From positions 52,576,001 to 52,640,000 of the forward strand of contig NC_043013.1 in the NCBI RefSeq assembly GCF_006345805.1: a stretch of 64,000 nt of DNA. The letters are read 5' to 3'. The position numbers were made by a program, and so were the translations under genes. The stretch comes from Octopus sinensis. Lineage: Eukaryota. Shown one piece after another: positions 12,331-26,136 of this stretch (position 1 is the stretch's first letter; each line of letters starts with the position of its first letter). The notes below the pieces were generated by a model. That model was not told the DNA's origin. It did no database searches and saw only the letters and a list, made by a program, of their open reading frames with translations.

Positions 12331-12770
12331 ATCTGTGTGTGTGTCTCTTTCTATAGATACGCCTATATTCACATATATATATACATATACAGTGAAAGAG
12401 AGTTTGATAGGTGGTGGTCGTGGTGGGCAGAACGAATGAGACCGATAGACAGTCAGAGGCTTTGGTTGGTAGATGGATTGATATTACCAACATACGTACA
12501 TACATGAACACAAAGAAGAGACATACGTGCGTACGTATGTATTCACAGATGCGCATTGATATGTATATGCATACACATAGACGTGCGCGTTCCTTTGCGT
12601 ATATATGCATCCATCCTATGTATCTACAAGCTCGTGTATACACATCGCTGTCTATGGCAGTGAATTCTTTGATTGTTCAACTTCCTGTCTTTGATTAGGC
12701 ACCGGGTAAATTCATTTTTATAACAGCCTCTACATAATTGTTTATCTCAATAGCAATAACAACAACAGTA

Positions 12771-12819
<49 letters not shown>

Positions 12820-13213
12820 TAACAATAATAATAATAATAAATATAATAATAATAATAATAATAATCGCCTGATTGGTCACTGATTAAGATGTCAAAAATT
12901 CTATAGGTTTTTATCAATTCTTGCTTCTGTGATTAACTTTCGACTTTTCGAAAACCAAAATCAATTTCTGAATTTTTCCTTAATTGTGCCGAGTTCTTTA
13001 TTAAACTTTGGGTTTTCTTCGGAGTCTTTGTCTAATTTAACGTGTGTGTGTGTATGTGAATGCGTGCGTGTGTATGTAGGTGTGTGTCCTTAATTCTCCT
13101 TGTGCCTCAGCATGTTTCATAGTCTGTTCTCTCTACCACTCTTGATATACATACATACATACATACATTATATATTATATATATATGTATGTATATTTAT
13201 ATTATACGTTATA

Positions 13214-13268
<55 letters not shown>

Positions 13269-13514
13269 AATAATTTACTTTTGGTTTTTAAATGAAATAA
13301 AAATATATAATTCTGTATGCATACATATATACGTGTGTATGTGTGTAACTGTGTATACATATATACATGCATACATACATAAAAATATACATATATATGT
13401 ATATATATATATATATAATATATATATAATATATCTATATATATATACGTATATATATATATATATACGTATAATATATATATATTATATATATATAGGT
13501 ACATACATATATAC

Positions 13515-13563
<49 letters not shown>

Positions 13564-14119
13564 TATACATACTATTTATACATGCGTGTAAGTGTGTATG
13601 TGTGAAAGTTCGTGTGAGTGCAGAATCTAAAGACATGATGCTATAATGAAACTCTGCTGCCCAGGAAGTGAATTGGTGAATGATTAAATATGGAATTTCG
13701 CAAAATTTCAATTGTTTGAATTAAATTTAAGAAAAGAGATAACACAAGCACACGCATTTATACATGGACGCAGAGACATGGTGTGAGAAAGAGAGAGAGG
13801 TGGGGATGGAAAGTGCGCGAGAGAGAAAGAGAGAGAGATTGTAAAGTGAGATTGATAGAGAGAGAAATTAATGGAAATTTAAGTACAAAATTCGGAACCA
13901 ATGTAGATATCAATGCCGTTGAAGCATCTGTGTCCTACCTTCCGTTGTGGAGCACTTTACATTTCAATCTATTATTCACTAATATATGCATTCCATATAC
14001 AAATAACCACTCCAAATGTACAATCATAAGTCTATATACATAGATATATACATACATGTATATATTATATATATATATATAATATATATAATATATATAT
14101 AATATATATATATATATTT

Positions 14120-14325
14120 CATTTTTGCAAGATTCTTTACGTGAATTCGTGTGTTGAGGCATATTTTATTGTGTCTGAAGAGAGTCATTCTGTTGTAATA
14201 CCTTATTAATTAACACACTCACCGGTTTGATTTCCACACATTTATTTATTTTTTCTAAAACTTCGTTGCTTCCTGCAACCTCTTCACTAAAACATTGAAA
14301 GAGAATGACTCTCCCCAAACGCAGT
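14120..14325. repeat. Member of an inverted-repeat family (GAGAGTCATT.../...AATGACTCTC), related to 28410-28660
   Basis: Shared TTGCAAGATTCTTTA...GTGTGTTGA...GAGAGTCATT...CACCGGT segment with an internal inverted repeat. Confidence 0.65.
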
Positions 14326-14326
14326 A

Positions 14327-14385
<59 letters not shown>

Positions 14386-14792
14386 ATATATATATTATAT
14401 ATATAAAGGGGTGTGCGTGCGCGTTTTTCTGCTCAAATTGAATTTTCTTATTTAATCGTCTGTCAAATCTGATCTTAGAACGCCCATGATATGCACTTAT
14501 TCAGGTGACCAACTCGTCGACACCAGAGAAGACTCTTTTTCCCAGATAGTGTATAACTTTCACTTGCCGAAGAATGATAGACAACATTGCGACATACATC
14601 GATGTATCATATGGAGTGATGTGTAACCGTCTATATAGATTGTACCCTCGCTCTTCTACTGTCAGGTATATTTCTATGTCTCTTCATTCTTTTGTGGTGG
14701 TCACTGTTGGAGCAGGCAATGTTAGCTCAGTCAGAGTACAACTGTTGCTGTTATCTTGCATTTCTTTATTTTATTATTTATATCCAACCTAA

Positions 14793-15009
14793 GACGGCAA
14801 GCTAGCAGAATCGTTAGCACGCCGGGCAAAATGCTTAGCAGTATTTCCTCTGCCGCTACGTTCTGAGTTCAAATTCCGCCGCAGTCGACTTTGCATTTCC
14901 TCCTTTCAAGTGGGTAACGTGAAAATCAGTTGAACACTTGGGCCAATCTAATAGACTTACCCCTTCCCTCAAAATTTCAGGCCTTCAGACTGTAATAGAA
15001 AGGATTATT
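14793..15009 (+). mobile_element. SINE family A copy
   Basis: GCTAGCAGAATCGTTAGCACGCCGGGC...GTTCTGAGTTCAAATTCCGCC. Confidence 0.9.
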
Positions 15010-15784
15010 TATATACTAATTCTTATAGATGCAGCGGAGTTCACAGCCTTTGAAGATCATCCAAGAACAGCCAAATCGATGTCATTAATATTTCTACTAA
15101 ACTGTTGGAAGTCAAAACCTGGAAACCATGGTGGAAGAGATCAGAAGCTAAGTGTGGAGATGATGACGATGCTTTTGGTGTTGCTATGAAGACCAATGTT
15201 TGTCCAAATGATTGTATCTTTAACATACATTTGACAAGAAAAATCACATTGTCCACAACCAGTTACAAGGTCTCCGAGACTTGTAGGGGGAGGTGGGAGA
15301 TATTCTCAACCCGGAACCCTGTCCTGAATGTTTGCTATAGAGAAGGTCAGTCAAAGGTGCCAAGAATGCTTTGCGGTGGTGTTAAACTGAACGAGAAGCC
15401 AAGTAGATCACTCGTATAGGCTAAAGCGTGATTTGAACTCAAAAGGAAAAGATCCAGGATATAGACCATAAGGCATCCTCTCCTAATGCCTTTACAGTTC
15501 AATCAGTCCTCTATCGATCCTGAGGGAAATCGTAATGCAAAGTTGAATTTGGCGTGATTTGAACTCGGAGCAAAAAGAGCAAGCGCATACACTAATGTCT
15601 TCAGCAACCTTAGCATCATACTGTACACCATACGGTATTCTGTCTATCGCTGTTAGCGAGAGGGTGGTATCTGGGAGTCCTGTCTGTTTCGACTGATTGC
15701 TGCCCTGTGTATCATGGGACTTCTGGGATCACAACTGACAGCAGGCGACACAATAACAACCTCCTCTAATGAACCATATAACGC

Positions 15785-16491
15785 ACGAAGTGGTAACAAA
15801 ACGTCGTTCCAGGACTAGTTCTGTTGCGCGCCAACAGATAGCAGCTTACATTTGCGTGCGCATTGCGAGCTTGCAGTGACCTTTATGAGTTAGTGTCCAG
15901 AGTGACATTGTTGTGTTTACTTTGCAACTCGTGAAATTTGTGTTTTTGTAATCAGGAGTATGCTGTAAGTCTGCGATTTTGTTATGGACAGAAAGTTGGA
16001 ATAAAGAACCAACGTGAAATTTTGCATTAAACTTTGCTGCGATGTTTTGAAGCGTTTGAGAGTGCACATTCGGCGAAAACGACCGGATCTGTAGAGTGCG
16101 AATATTCTTCACAACGACAATGGGCCCTGTTACTGAGCTCTTCTCACTCGTGAGTTTCTCGCTCGAAACAACATGGTACCACTTCCACACCAGCCCTATT
16201 CGCCAGATTTAATACCTGCAGTCTTCCATCTCTTCCCCACGATGAAAATTCAGCTCGAAGGTCACTGTTTTAACACCGTTGTCGAGATCCAGAACTAATC
16301 GCAGAAGGTCTTCGACTCGTTTATGGAATACAACTTGCAGGCCGGATTCCAAAATTTTCAGGAACTCTAAAACTGGTGGTTTGCTGCGCGAAGTGACTAC
16401 TTCGAAAGAGATGATGTTAAAACTTAGAAAAACAAGTTATTTTTTTTTCATTAAACGTAACTAATCCGGGAACCTTTAATACCAGATCGTA
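15785..16491 (+). mobile_element. Internally deleted mariner (DD34D) element with both TIRs
   Basis: Frame 15984-16427: MDRKLE*RTNVKFCIKL fused to CDVLKRLRVHIRRKRPDL...LHNDNGPCY...PHQPYSPDLIPAVFHLFP...DYFE. Imperfect TIRs ACGAAGTGGTAACAAAA..GTTCCAGGACTAGT and ACTAATCCGGGAACCTTTAATACCAGATCGT. Confidence 0.92.
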
Positions 16492-17134
16492 TATTATAAC
16501 CGTGCGGATATTTTGCAGTCAACTTTTACCGACTGTCTTGTGTATAACCTCTGTATATTATTTGTTATTATTTTTAATGTTGCAGCATCAGTTTAGCACT
16601 AAATCAACTCGCAAATAACGATTTTATTATATAAAGTGTTCCGACTATTTCAAACGTTTACTTTCAAACGCGTTCTTTTCCGGAACAACTTATTCATATG
16701 TTAAGGTTTGAATTGACAGTAGCATAGGATATGAAGTTTTGGCTGCTGTTTCTAGCATCAGGAGACTCTCCTGTGTAGTTTAGGCATTATGGTTATTGTT
16801 GCTGACGGGCAAACCTTAGTGCAAAAAATTCTCCGATTATGACCACCTCTCCTCTAGGACTAATTTATTTAACGTATTATTCCATATTATAGATGGCGGA
16901 GTATATGAAGGGAATTTGGCTGTTATTTTTAGAAGATCAAAAACTGGTGCAGGTGGCAGTGGTTGTGGTGGTTGTGGTGGTAGTATAGATCACGCTGGTG
17001 ATGATGATAGGAAGTGCAATAATAAATTCAACGGTGATGATGGTGGAGGTAGCGGTAGTCTACAATTTTCATAAATACACATTATAACAAAATTCAAGAG
17101 AAAGAGGGAGAGGTAGGTAGATAGAGAGAGAGGG

Positions 17135-17169
<35 letters not shown>

Positions 17170-17616
17170 AAATTGGAGGAGAGATGAGTTGATGAGTGGG
17201 AGAAACAGAATGGAAGACTGAGTGGGGAGAAAGAGAAGGTATGTGTGTATTAGAGACACAATAGTATACAGAGTTACGTATGTACACACAGGCATTTGTA
17301 GATTTAGATTAAAATATATATATAAAATTATAACACACACGCACACACACACACACATATATACACATGTAGCTACCTCTGTATATATATACGTATGCAT
17401 ACATTTGTACAGGCTTGCAAAGCAGTGCAAGTAAAGAAAGAGAACAAGAATGATAGAAAGATGCAGAGAAAATAGAAATGTCGGTCAGAAAAATTGATTA
17501 ACTTATCCAACAGGATATAGATTTTTATGAAACATGAGAAATTTTGGTGATTATTTGCTTCGATGATGATGATGATGATTTTGATGGAGATGATAATAAT
17601 AATAATAATAATAATA

Positions 17617-17654
<38 letters not shown>

Positions 17655-18000
17655 TTCGCATTTAATGCGATTAAGTAACTTTTTCTCTTATGTATTTAAT
17701 ATTTTTAATTATTATATCATATTATTATTGTTGTTGTTGTTATTGCTTTTCTTATTTTGATTACATAAGGTGGTGTGGGATTCGAAATTTATGACGTGTT
17801 GGTCTGAGAGAAATATAAATGTTCTGTCACATATCTTAGCGTTAAGAGCTCTTGTCACTTCCATATTGATTCCATTTTCGATTTGATTCGGGGATGATAA
17901 ATTCTGTATCCCTCAGATGGATGTGTCACCGTTATGGGTAAGCAAATTCATTCCATAACTCTGTTTTTTGTAATTCGAACTTCTTATATGACATCAAGTC

Positions 18001-18740
18001 TGGAAATCTCATCTGTCAGCGTTTCCTGTTCACGGTGACATAACACTCGTTTTCTAAGTGTCAGATCTACCTATATTGGCATATATAACTGATGAAAAAG
18101 TCATGGCAAGATATGCAACACTCAAAGGTAAAACAAAAGTAAAATCTTTAAAATATCGACGCTAAACTACACAAAAATATCTGGAAGTAAATGTCAGAAA
18201 ATTTAAGCGACCGAGCGATGGAATATAGAGCTATTTGTTAAAAGGTTCCGAATTCCATTTCAATGACGGTTCTATTTTCAAAATTATTGTATTGTGCTGC
18301 TCTAAAGTCATATATTTTATGCTGCGAAGTTTGTCGGGAATATTATAGCGGTTAGAATACCCTGAAACATCGTAAAAGAGTGACACTACACCTTCAGCAA
18401 ATTGAGCAGCTATACATGAGAAAAAGTGGCCTGCGTCAACATACTGCTACATGCTGTCGTGACGTTGAAGGAGAGGGGCTGGATCCTGCACAATTTTTAG
18501 TATGTTCCACCATTAACGATTTTACAATCCAGCGATAATCAATATTCCGTAAAGGCTGTAATGTATGATATGAACAGCTACAACGGATACTACAAGGTCC
18601 TGGCCAGTATGAAGAGACAGAACAGGCGTTCTGAGTATGCACGCTACAATTCATCCAATATCTTATGAACAGGGTTTTACTTAGAATTTTTGGATGTGAT
18701 ATCGAGTTTTACTTCTTTTTGCAAACTGTCAAATTTAGTC
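18001..18740 (+). pseudogene. Possible decayed, intronless tyrosine-kinase-like sequence
   Basis: Across stops and frameshifts: YLEVNVRKFK (VAVK-like), TLHLQQIEQL, AVVTLKERGWILHNF (cf. AMEYLEERGFIHRDL), SVKAVMYD, YARYNSSNI, RVLLRIFGCDIEFY (cf. GVLLWEIFS..PY). By-eye similarity only. Confidence 0.35.
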
Positions 18741-19249
18741 TCCACACTGTATGTATATATGTATGTATAAGTAGGTTGGTAGGTAAAAAGATAAATAGGT
18801 ACGCATGCACATGCATTCATGCATACATACATATAAACATATATACACACATACATACATGTAAATATGTATTTATATATAGACACACACACACACACAA
18901 ACACACACATATATATAGATAGATAGACAGATAGATTGATAAATATATAGGTAGATAGATATGAACAAAGATATAAACATGTATATATATGGATAGATAT
19001 CTACATACATATACACATGTATACATGTATATATATATATTGTGTATATATATATATATAGTGTGTGTGTGTGTGTGTATCAAGTTGCATGCCCATGCAC
19101 GCATGCGCTCAGCCCTGTACAAGCTGCGGTATCTAAAGACATGCACTGGCACCAAATTGTTCCGCACTTTGTCACCTGTAAATCAGGAGAGTTTATGGTG
19201 AAAAATGTCAGAAACCAATGATGGCGGCCGAGAATCGACAACGACGGCA

Positions 19250-19317
19250 AGAAGAAGAAGAAGAAGAAGAAGAAGAAAAAGAAGAAGAAGAAGAAGAAGA
19301 AGAAGAAGAAGAAGAAG

Positions 19318-19349
<32 letters not shown>

Positions 19350-19510
19350 CTACATCAAACACAAAAATAAAGACATCAACAACGGTAACAATAACAGCAG
19401 CGACAATAACGTCAATGACGTCGACCTCAACAAAGAAACCAACTGCAACAACGAACAACAACAACAACAACTATAACAAAAGTATTTAAAACAACATCAA
19501 CAACAACAAC
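19250..19510. repeat. (GAA)n-(CAA)n arrays
   Basis: Direct reading. Confidence 0.9.
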
Positions 19511-19734
19511 AACGACGATGTTGAAACAACCGCAACAACAATGATAAAGAAAAGAAAATGTAAACGCGGAGCGACAACAATAAATCGAACAACAAAAATA
19601 TTGACAAGAAAAAAGCAGCAACAATGGCGGCAATAAAGACGAGTTTTGATGCGTTTGGCGCAGTTTGACAGACAATTGTTTTCATTTGAATTCATGTTTG
19701 TCTTTCATTGAATCAATGTTTTTTACCCCCTTCC

Positions 19735-19742
19735 CCTACTCC

Positions 19743-19775
<33 letters not shown>

Positions 19776-19912
19776 TTTGTTTATCTGTCTCTCTGTCACT
19801 CTCTCTCTCTCTCTCTCTCACTATTTATTGTCAAGCTTCTTTTTACATACCCCAGTCTTCTCTCCATCTCTTCTCTTTTTCTCTCTTGCTTCTATTAGTC
19901 ATTTACTGAGTG

Positions 19913-19952
<40 letters not shown>

Positions 19953-20130
19953 GTCATGCTATATTCTCTCTATCTTTCTTTCTGTCTCACACACACACAC
20001 ACACACACACTCTCTCTCTCTCTCTTCTCTCTCTTCTCTCTCTCTCTCTGTCATGCTATATTCTCTCTATCTTTCTTTCTGTCTCACACACACACACACA
20101 CACACTCTCTCTCTCTCTCTTTCTCTATCG
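19735..20130. repeat. (CT)n/(CA)n tract containing a ~95-bp internal tandem duplication (CTGTCATGCTATATTCTCTCTATC)
   Basis: The same unit occurs at about 19951 and 20048. Confidence 0.8.
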
Positions 20131-20248
20131 CTTTCATTCTCAGTTTTTTCGTCACGTTATACCCTCTCAGGTAAACGCGCTCTCTCGCTTTTTCTCTCTA
20201 TTTCGCTCTCAATGTCACGTTATTTTCTTCATATATATATATATTTAT

Positions 20249-20281
<33 letters not shown>

Positions 20282-20383
20282 AAGAGAGGGAGAGAGAAAC
20301 AGACAGACAGAGGGAGAGATAGAGGAAGAGAGAGAGAGAGGGAGAGATAGAAACACATACACACATATATATGCACAAAGCTA

Positions 20384-21010
20384 TAGAGGTTACACGAAAT
20401 AAAGGAACAACCTCATTAAATAAAAATTCTGTCATTTAATTCGGAGTTTGATCAACTTTTAGCATTAACCACACCTTTAATACATCAAAGAAGTGATCTG
20501 TGCAAATTCTGAATGGATTTTAGGTGAATTTTGTCCCATAACTCAATGACGATGGATGCGGGAAACGCCGTTTCAACTGCTTCTCCAAAACAAACTGTAA
20601 ATTTTTGATTATATTGAGATCCGATGATTGCAGGGGCTGATACAAATAGTCTACTTAGCTTCTGTGCTATTCATACCAATTTTGAATGACATCAGCCTTG
20701 CGAATCAGCGAACGATGTTTGTACACTAGGATGTACGTTAAAAGCCAAAATTCTCGCAGCCATGTAGAAGAACTACAGAAGCAAGGGACTTACCCGATAT
20801 GGCTGTCTAAATATTGTAGAGACACCTCCATGTTTTACGATCGGAGCCAAACAGTCAGAGCTGAAGACCTCATTTGGACTGTTTCCAGATATAAACTCGG
20901 CCAAAGTGGGAAAAAGGGTGAATGGTGAAGAAATTGTTCCATTATAAACTATTGACCACTTCTGATAGGATAGGCACTATTTTCTTCTCCTAATGAATAT
21001 TCATTGGGAC
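20384..21010 (-). mobile_element. Tc1 (DD34E) transposase relic with right TIR
   Basis: Minus strand: SPFTLFPT...DCLAPIVKHGG...VHPSVQT...ADVIQNWYE...PLQSSDLNIIKNL...ELWDKIHLKSIQNL...VVNAK; ends at a TIR-like sequence beside TA at 20382-20383. Confidence 0.88.
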
Positions 21011-21022
21011 AGGAATTCGTAA

Positions 21023-21235
21023 AAGTTGGCAGCAACGTTAGCACGTGTGGGAAAATGATCAGCAGTATTTCGTCCGCCTTTACGTTCCGAGTTCGAATTC
21101 CGCCGAGGTCGACTTTACCTTTTATCCTTTCAGGGTCGATAAAATAACTTCTAGTTGAGAAATGGTGTCATTCTAATCGACTTACCCACCACAGCATCAG
21201 AAATAGCTGGTTTCGCACCAAAATCTGAAACAAAT
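21023..21235 (+). mobile_element. SINE family A copy
   Basis: GTTCCGAGTTCGAATTCCGCCGAGGTCGACTTTACC core. Confidence 0.85.
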
Positions 21236-21462
21236 ATCGTTTGGGACAGGAAGTTACCCAGGTATATGGAGATCAAGACGGACGGGTTTAGTTGGCAAGG
21301 GGTTAGGAAGATGAAGGTTTAGCTCTGCGGTCAATTTGTGCCTTATTCTTTTAGCCACCTTTCTTTCTCTCTTTCTCTCTCTTTCTCTCTCACACACACA
21401 TCCATGCAATCTTACTCCCCCACTTCTCTGTCGTTATCTGTCTGTCTATCCATCCATAACCA

Positions 21463-21502
<40 letters not shown>

Positions 21503-24307
21503 TATAACTGTCTTCCTCAAATTCTTTCTTCATTCTTTCATCTACAAACCGTTCTTTCATTCATTTCTGTTGAGTTTCGTTTTCATCTACACCGACGCCT
21601 CCCATGCTCTCGTTTTTCCTTCTTCTTTTTCTTCCGATCTCTTTCTTTCTTTCTTTTCCTCGCTTTTCCTCTCTTTCTTTCTCTCCCTCTATTCTCCTCT
21701 TTTTATTTTACTCAAATCCGTCATTCAGAGTTTCTTTTATAAAGCAAACAAACAAAACAACCGAAATACATTTATGTTCACACACATACACATACATACA
21801 CACACACGCACACACACATGCATATATACACATATACACGCACGCACACACGCGCATATATACACATACACATATACACACACATATATACACACGCATA
21901 CACATATATACATGCACACACTTACACGCACGCACACACACACACGCATATATACACATACACACGTATATACACATACATGCATATACGCACATACACA
22001 CAAAAGCAAACACACACACATATATATACACACATACGCACACACAAATGCAAACACTCACACATATATATATATATATATATATATTTACAAATAAACA
22101 CACAAATGCAAATACACACGTGCATACACACACACAACAGAGACGTACACATGCGCGCACACATACACGCATTCCGACACATACACAACGACGTTCACAT
22201 CGACAAATGCACTGGCATTTATACACATACACCTCTCCATAAATAAACACTCACATATATACACGTACGTATATATACACACAGTACGCACGGATGCACA
22301 CACGCTTGCACATATAGCTACGCATTATTACTAACATCTTGTAACGTCTTGAACACAAATATAAACCGAAACTATTTCAGAAAATAAAAGTCTTCTCGCC
22401 TCGCATCACCAAGTATTTGTATGTGTATGATGTGTGTGTGCGTGTGTATGCGTGTGTGTGCATGCGTGCGTGTGTGTGTGCATATGCGTCCGTGTGCGTG
22501 AGAGAGAGAGAGAGAAAGAAAGTGAGAGATCATGTATACAAGTTCAAAACAACCGAATGAAGACAAGAACAAGATATCAAGAAAAACAATGCACTTTTCT
22601 AATTTAAGTCGAAAACATAACAAAACAAAAAGAAAGGGAGTGAGGAAGAAAGAGAGAGACAAACAGAGAGACAGAGGAAGATAGAGAGATAGAGCGAGGG
22701 GAAGAGAGACAGACACACTGCGCAACAATAAACATAAGAACAAAATGTGGGGATAAACCAAACGGTTCGGATTTCATTTAAAACAACGCAACAAAGACTA
22801 ACGCTGGAAAACAAACAGATCAATACATCTTCATGCTCATGTACACACATATACTCACACAGATGATACACGTGTATATACGCACACACATATATATATA
22901 TGTATATATATATGTGTGTGTGTGTGTGTAGATATGTATATATGTATAAATGCACATACACAAACACATACCTAACTGCACTTGTGAGAGAATGTATATG
23001 AACGTCATATATATATATATACATACATATATATATATATATAGTGAGAGAGACACAGAGAGAGAAATACATAGCTAGATAGATAGATAGATAGATATAG
23101 ATATACATACTTGTATGCGTGTATATATATATATATGTATATATATATAAATGTTTATAAAGACATAAACAAACATATATAGGCACATGTATGCATATAT
23201 GTGTGCAGGTACACATATAAATGTATGCATAAATGGAAATGTTTCATACATACACACATACACATATTTATGTATGTATATGCATATATGTGTGTATATA
23301 AGTATATATATATGTATATATCAGTGTGTCTATATATATATATACAAACATATATATAATATATATATATTATATATATATATATATATATATTATATAT
23401 CTATATATATATATCTAATATATTATATATGTACACACATAGGAACATACCACACCCACCCGTACTTATATGCTTATCTACGCACCTGCATCTCTACCTA
23501 ATCGTGCACATACTTGTACGTACATACCGTACGCATATACTTACGTAAGCACGCACATACACATATACGGACATATAAACATACATTCACAAAAAAACAT
23601 ATACATCTATATACAGGTACACGTTCTTACACGTACATATACAGACGCATAAGCACCACAGTTATCTGCATATACACGCACACATACACACACAAGCATA
23701 AAGTGCAGATTTTAAGATACCCTATTGAAAATTGCTGAAAACAGCAATTGACGTAAAAGTCACGGTTTTCTTTTCGTCTACATTTTGTTCTTCGTTTTTC
23801 GTTGTTCTGTTTTTTTAACTGTTCTTTTTTTCTTTTTGCAGCTTTGTTGCTGTTCTGCTTCGTGCGATGTTTTCGTTAGCTTTTTGGGGTTTTTTTTTTT
23901 CTCTCTTTCTTTATCGCTCGCAACCAAGATCTGCATATTGTTATGTGGAGCCAGTGGGAGGGGTCCGCGTGTTCGGATTTTCTTGACTTTGTCAAATAAT
24001 TAAGAGAAGAAGAGGAGAAGAGAAACGAAGAGGATTTCAATAGGAATCTATCCCGGTTTTGGAGACTAATTCTTTGGAGACTCTGTTGCTGGTAATGCTG
24101 TAGTTGTTCTTGATCATGGTGGCGACGACGAAGACGCCAACGACAAAAACGATGATGGTGATGATAATGATGATGATGATATTGACAATGATGACGATGA
24201 CGATGGTGATGATTGGTGAAGTAGGGACTGTGAGCGATGACAGACAAATAGATAATGGCAACTGGAATGGAGTGTCCTGTAGAATTTCTGTAGTAGGTTT
24301 TTCCCTC

Positions 24308-24393
24308 TTAACAACAGAAAAGATCATCTGAGGAGATTTCAGCACTTGATGGCTTCCAGGAACCATGCGAATATTCAAAGTTATTCATAGATT
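24308..24393 (-). CDS. Candidate terminal coding exon (phase 1): (x)SMNNFEYSHGSWKPSSAEISSDDLFCC*
   Basis: Acceptor TATTATTTTTCTTAG|AA, non-repetitive composition and a Cys-Cys end; followed by 3'UTR-like sequence. Protein not recognised. Confidence 0.3.
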
Positions 24394-24433
24394 CTAAGAA
24401 AAATAATACCAATCTTGAGTCAAGACGAAAATA

Positions 24434-24533
24434 NNNNNNNNNNNNNNNNNNNNNNNNNNNNNNNNNNNNNNNNNNNNNNNNNNNNNNNNNNNNNNNNNNN
24501 NNNNNNNNNNNNNNNNNNNNNNNNNNNNNNNNN
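24434..24533. other. Assembly gap (100 N)
   Basis: Run of N. Confidence 1.
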
Positions 24534-25152
24534 TATATGTATATATATATGTGCGTGTGTGTGGTGTGTGTGTATTGTATGTATATATATATTTATATAA
24601 ATATACATATGTACTTTTTAAACTTGTATGAATATAAACGTATACACACACGCACGCACGCACACACACATACACACACACACACATATCTTTCACCTTT
24701 TGCTTGTTTCAATCATTGGAATTGCGGCTATGCTGAGGAAGAACAATGAAGAATGTTTTAGTCGAATAAATTCTGTTCCTCTTTTCACACACACATACAC
24801 ACGCGCGCGCGCGCGCACACACGCACATGCATATATACATATATACATTACATTTATACGTAAACATACATACGAATGCAGGAACTTAATTAAATGTGTA
24901 AATGTATCTTTCTGTCCCTCTGTTTCTTTTACTCTTTCTGTCTCCTTTCAGGCGTGATCAGAAAAGGTTTGGCAGAAATAAAGAATAACTTTATCTCTCA
25001 TGAATATTATTTTCGCCTTTCTTTGTTCTATCAACCAAAAATGATAACCCAACCATTATATCTGAAGACACATTCTGTAGAAGCCAAATCACAAGCACAT
25101 GGACATAACAATCATAAACATCAACACAATAATAACCACATCAATATAAATG

Positions 25153-25452
25153 GCATTCCGTCAGTTTCGACGACGAGGGTTCGATATCATCTGATGAACG
25201 GAACAACCTTCTTGTGAAATTAATATGCAAGTGGTTGAGCAGACATGCGTACATTTAATGTAGCTTTGAAGGAGATTCAGCGTGACACAGAATGTGACAA
25301 GGGTGACCCCGCTTAAATTACAGGTACAGCAAACATTTGACAGTTGAAAGGATTGGAGCAACGTGAAATAAAGTATCTTGCTGAAGGACACGACGCTCCG
25401 TAAAGAATCGAACTCGCGACCTTTCGATCGTCAACCGAACACTTTAACCACT
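25153..25452 (-). mobile_element. tRNA-derived SINE, family D
   Basis: tRNA-like head GTGAAGGAGCGTGGCTTAGTGGTTA...GAGTTCGATT; tail GAACCCTCGTCGTCG shared with 51540-51915. Confidence 0.8.
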
Positions 25453-26093
25453 AAGCCACGCTCCTTCACGCTACATCATCATTACTCTATCTACAACAAC
25501 AAAAAGTAATCGTAAAAATATCATCAGGAGCATCACAAGTCATTAATAAAGAAAAGAAATCTACATTATGATATATAGCACCACCACCATCATCACCACC
25601 ACCACCACCACCACCACCACCGCCATCAACGCTAGCACCATTAACGCCACTGTATCAACACCAACAACAATAATATGTCTAACAACCGTCACTATTAACA
25701 ATAGAAGTAATTACGAAAACAAGGCAAACAAAATAGCAAAATGGCGGTTGTACAACTTGTGAGCGGGAATCTCTTGTGAACGGAGGCTGATTCCGTTTTG
25801 TCCTGTTCAATAGATTGTTGTCTTTTAAAAGACATCGCTAACAATATCCCTCTCTCTCCCTTTCACTTCGTATTCTCTCTTCCTCACATTCTCTCTTTCT
25901 CACTCTCTCTTTCTCCACCTGTCTCTCTCTTTTTTCTTTACTTTCTTTCCTTATTTGTCCGTCCTATTTCTTTCGTTCTGTATTCAACAAAATGACCAAG
26001 CAGCATCTCACTCGCTCAATACACCTACTTGCACCAATACTACAACAACCAATACTACTACTACCACAACAACAACTACTACTACTATTACTT

Positions 26094-26136
<43 letters not shown>

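Noticed and set aside
14172-14320. CTGAAGA at the start of an inverted repeat
   Set aside because: The sister copy at 28460 reads CTGGGGA and pairs with the other arm, so this is a mutation in the arm, not a ribozyme core.
15846-16190. 114-aa minus-strand ORF
   Set aside because: Antisense of the mariner transposase.
20794-20966. Apparent minus-strand exon KWSIVYNGTISSPFTLFP...RQPYR with AG/GT ends
   Set aside because: It is the middle of the Tc1 transposase relic; similarity continues on both sides.
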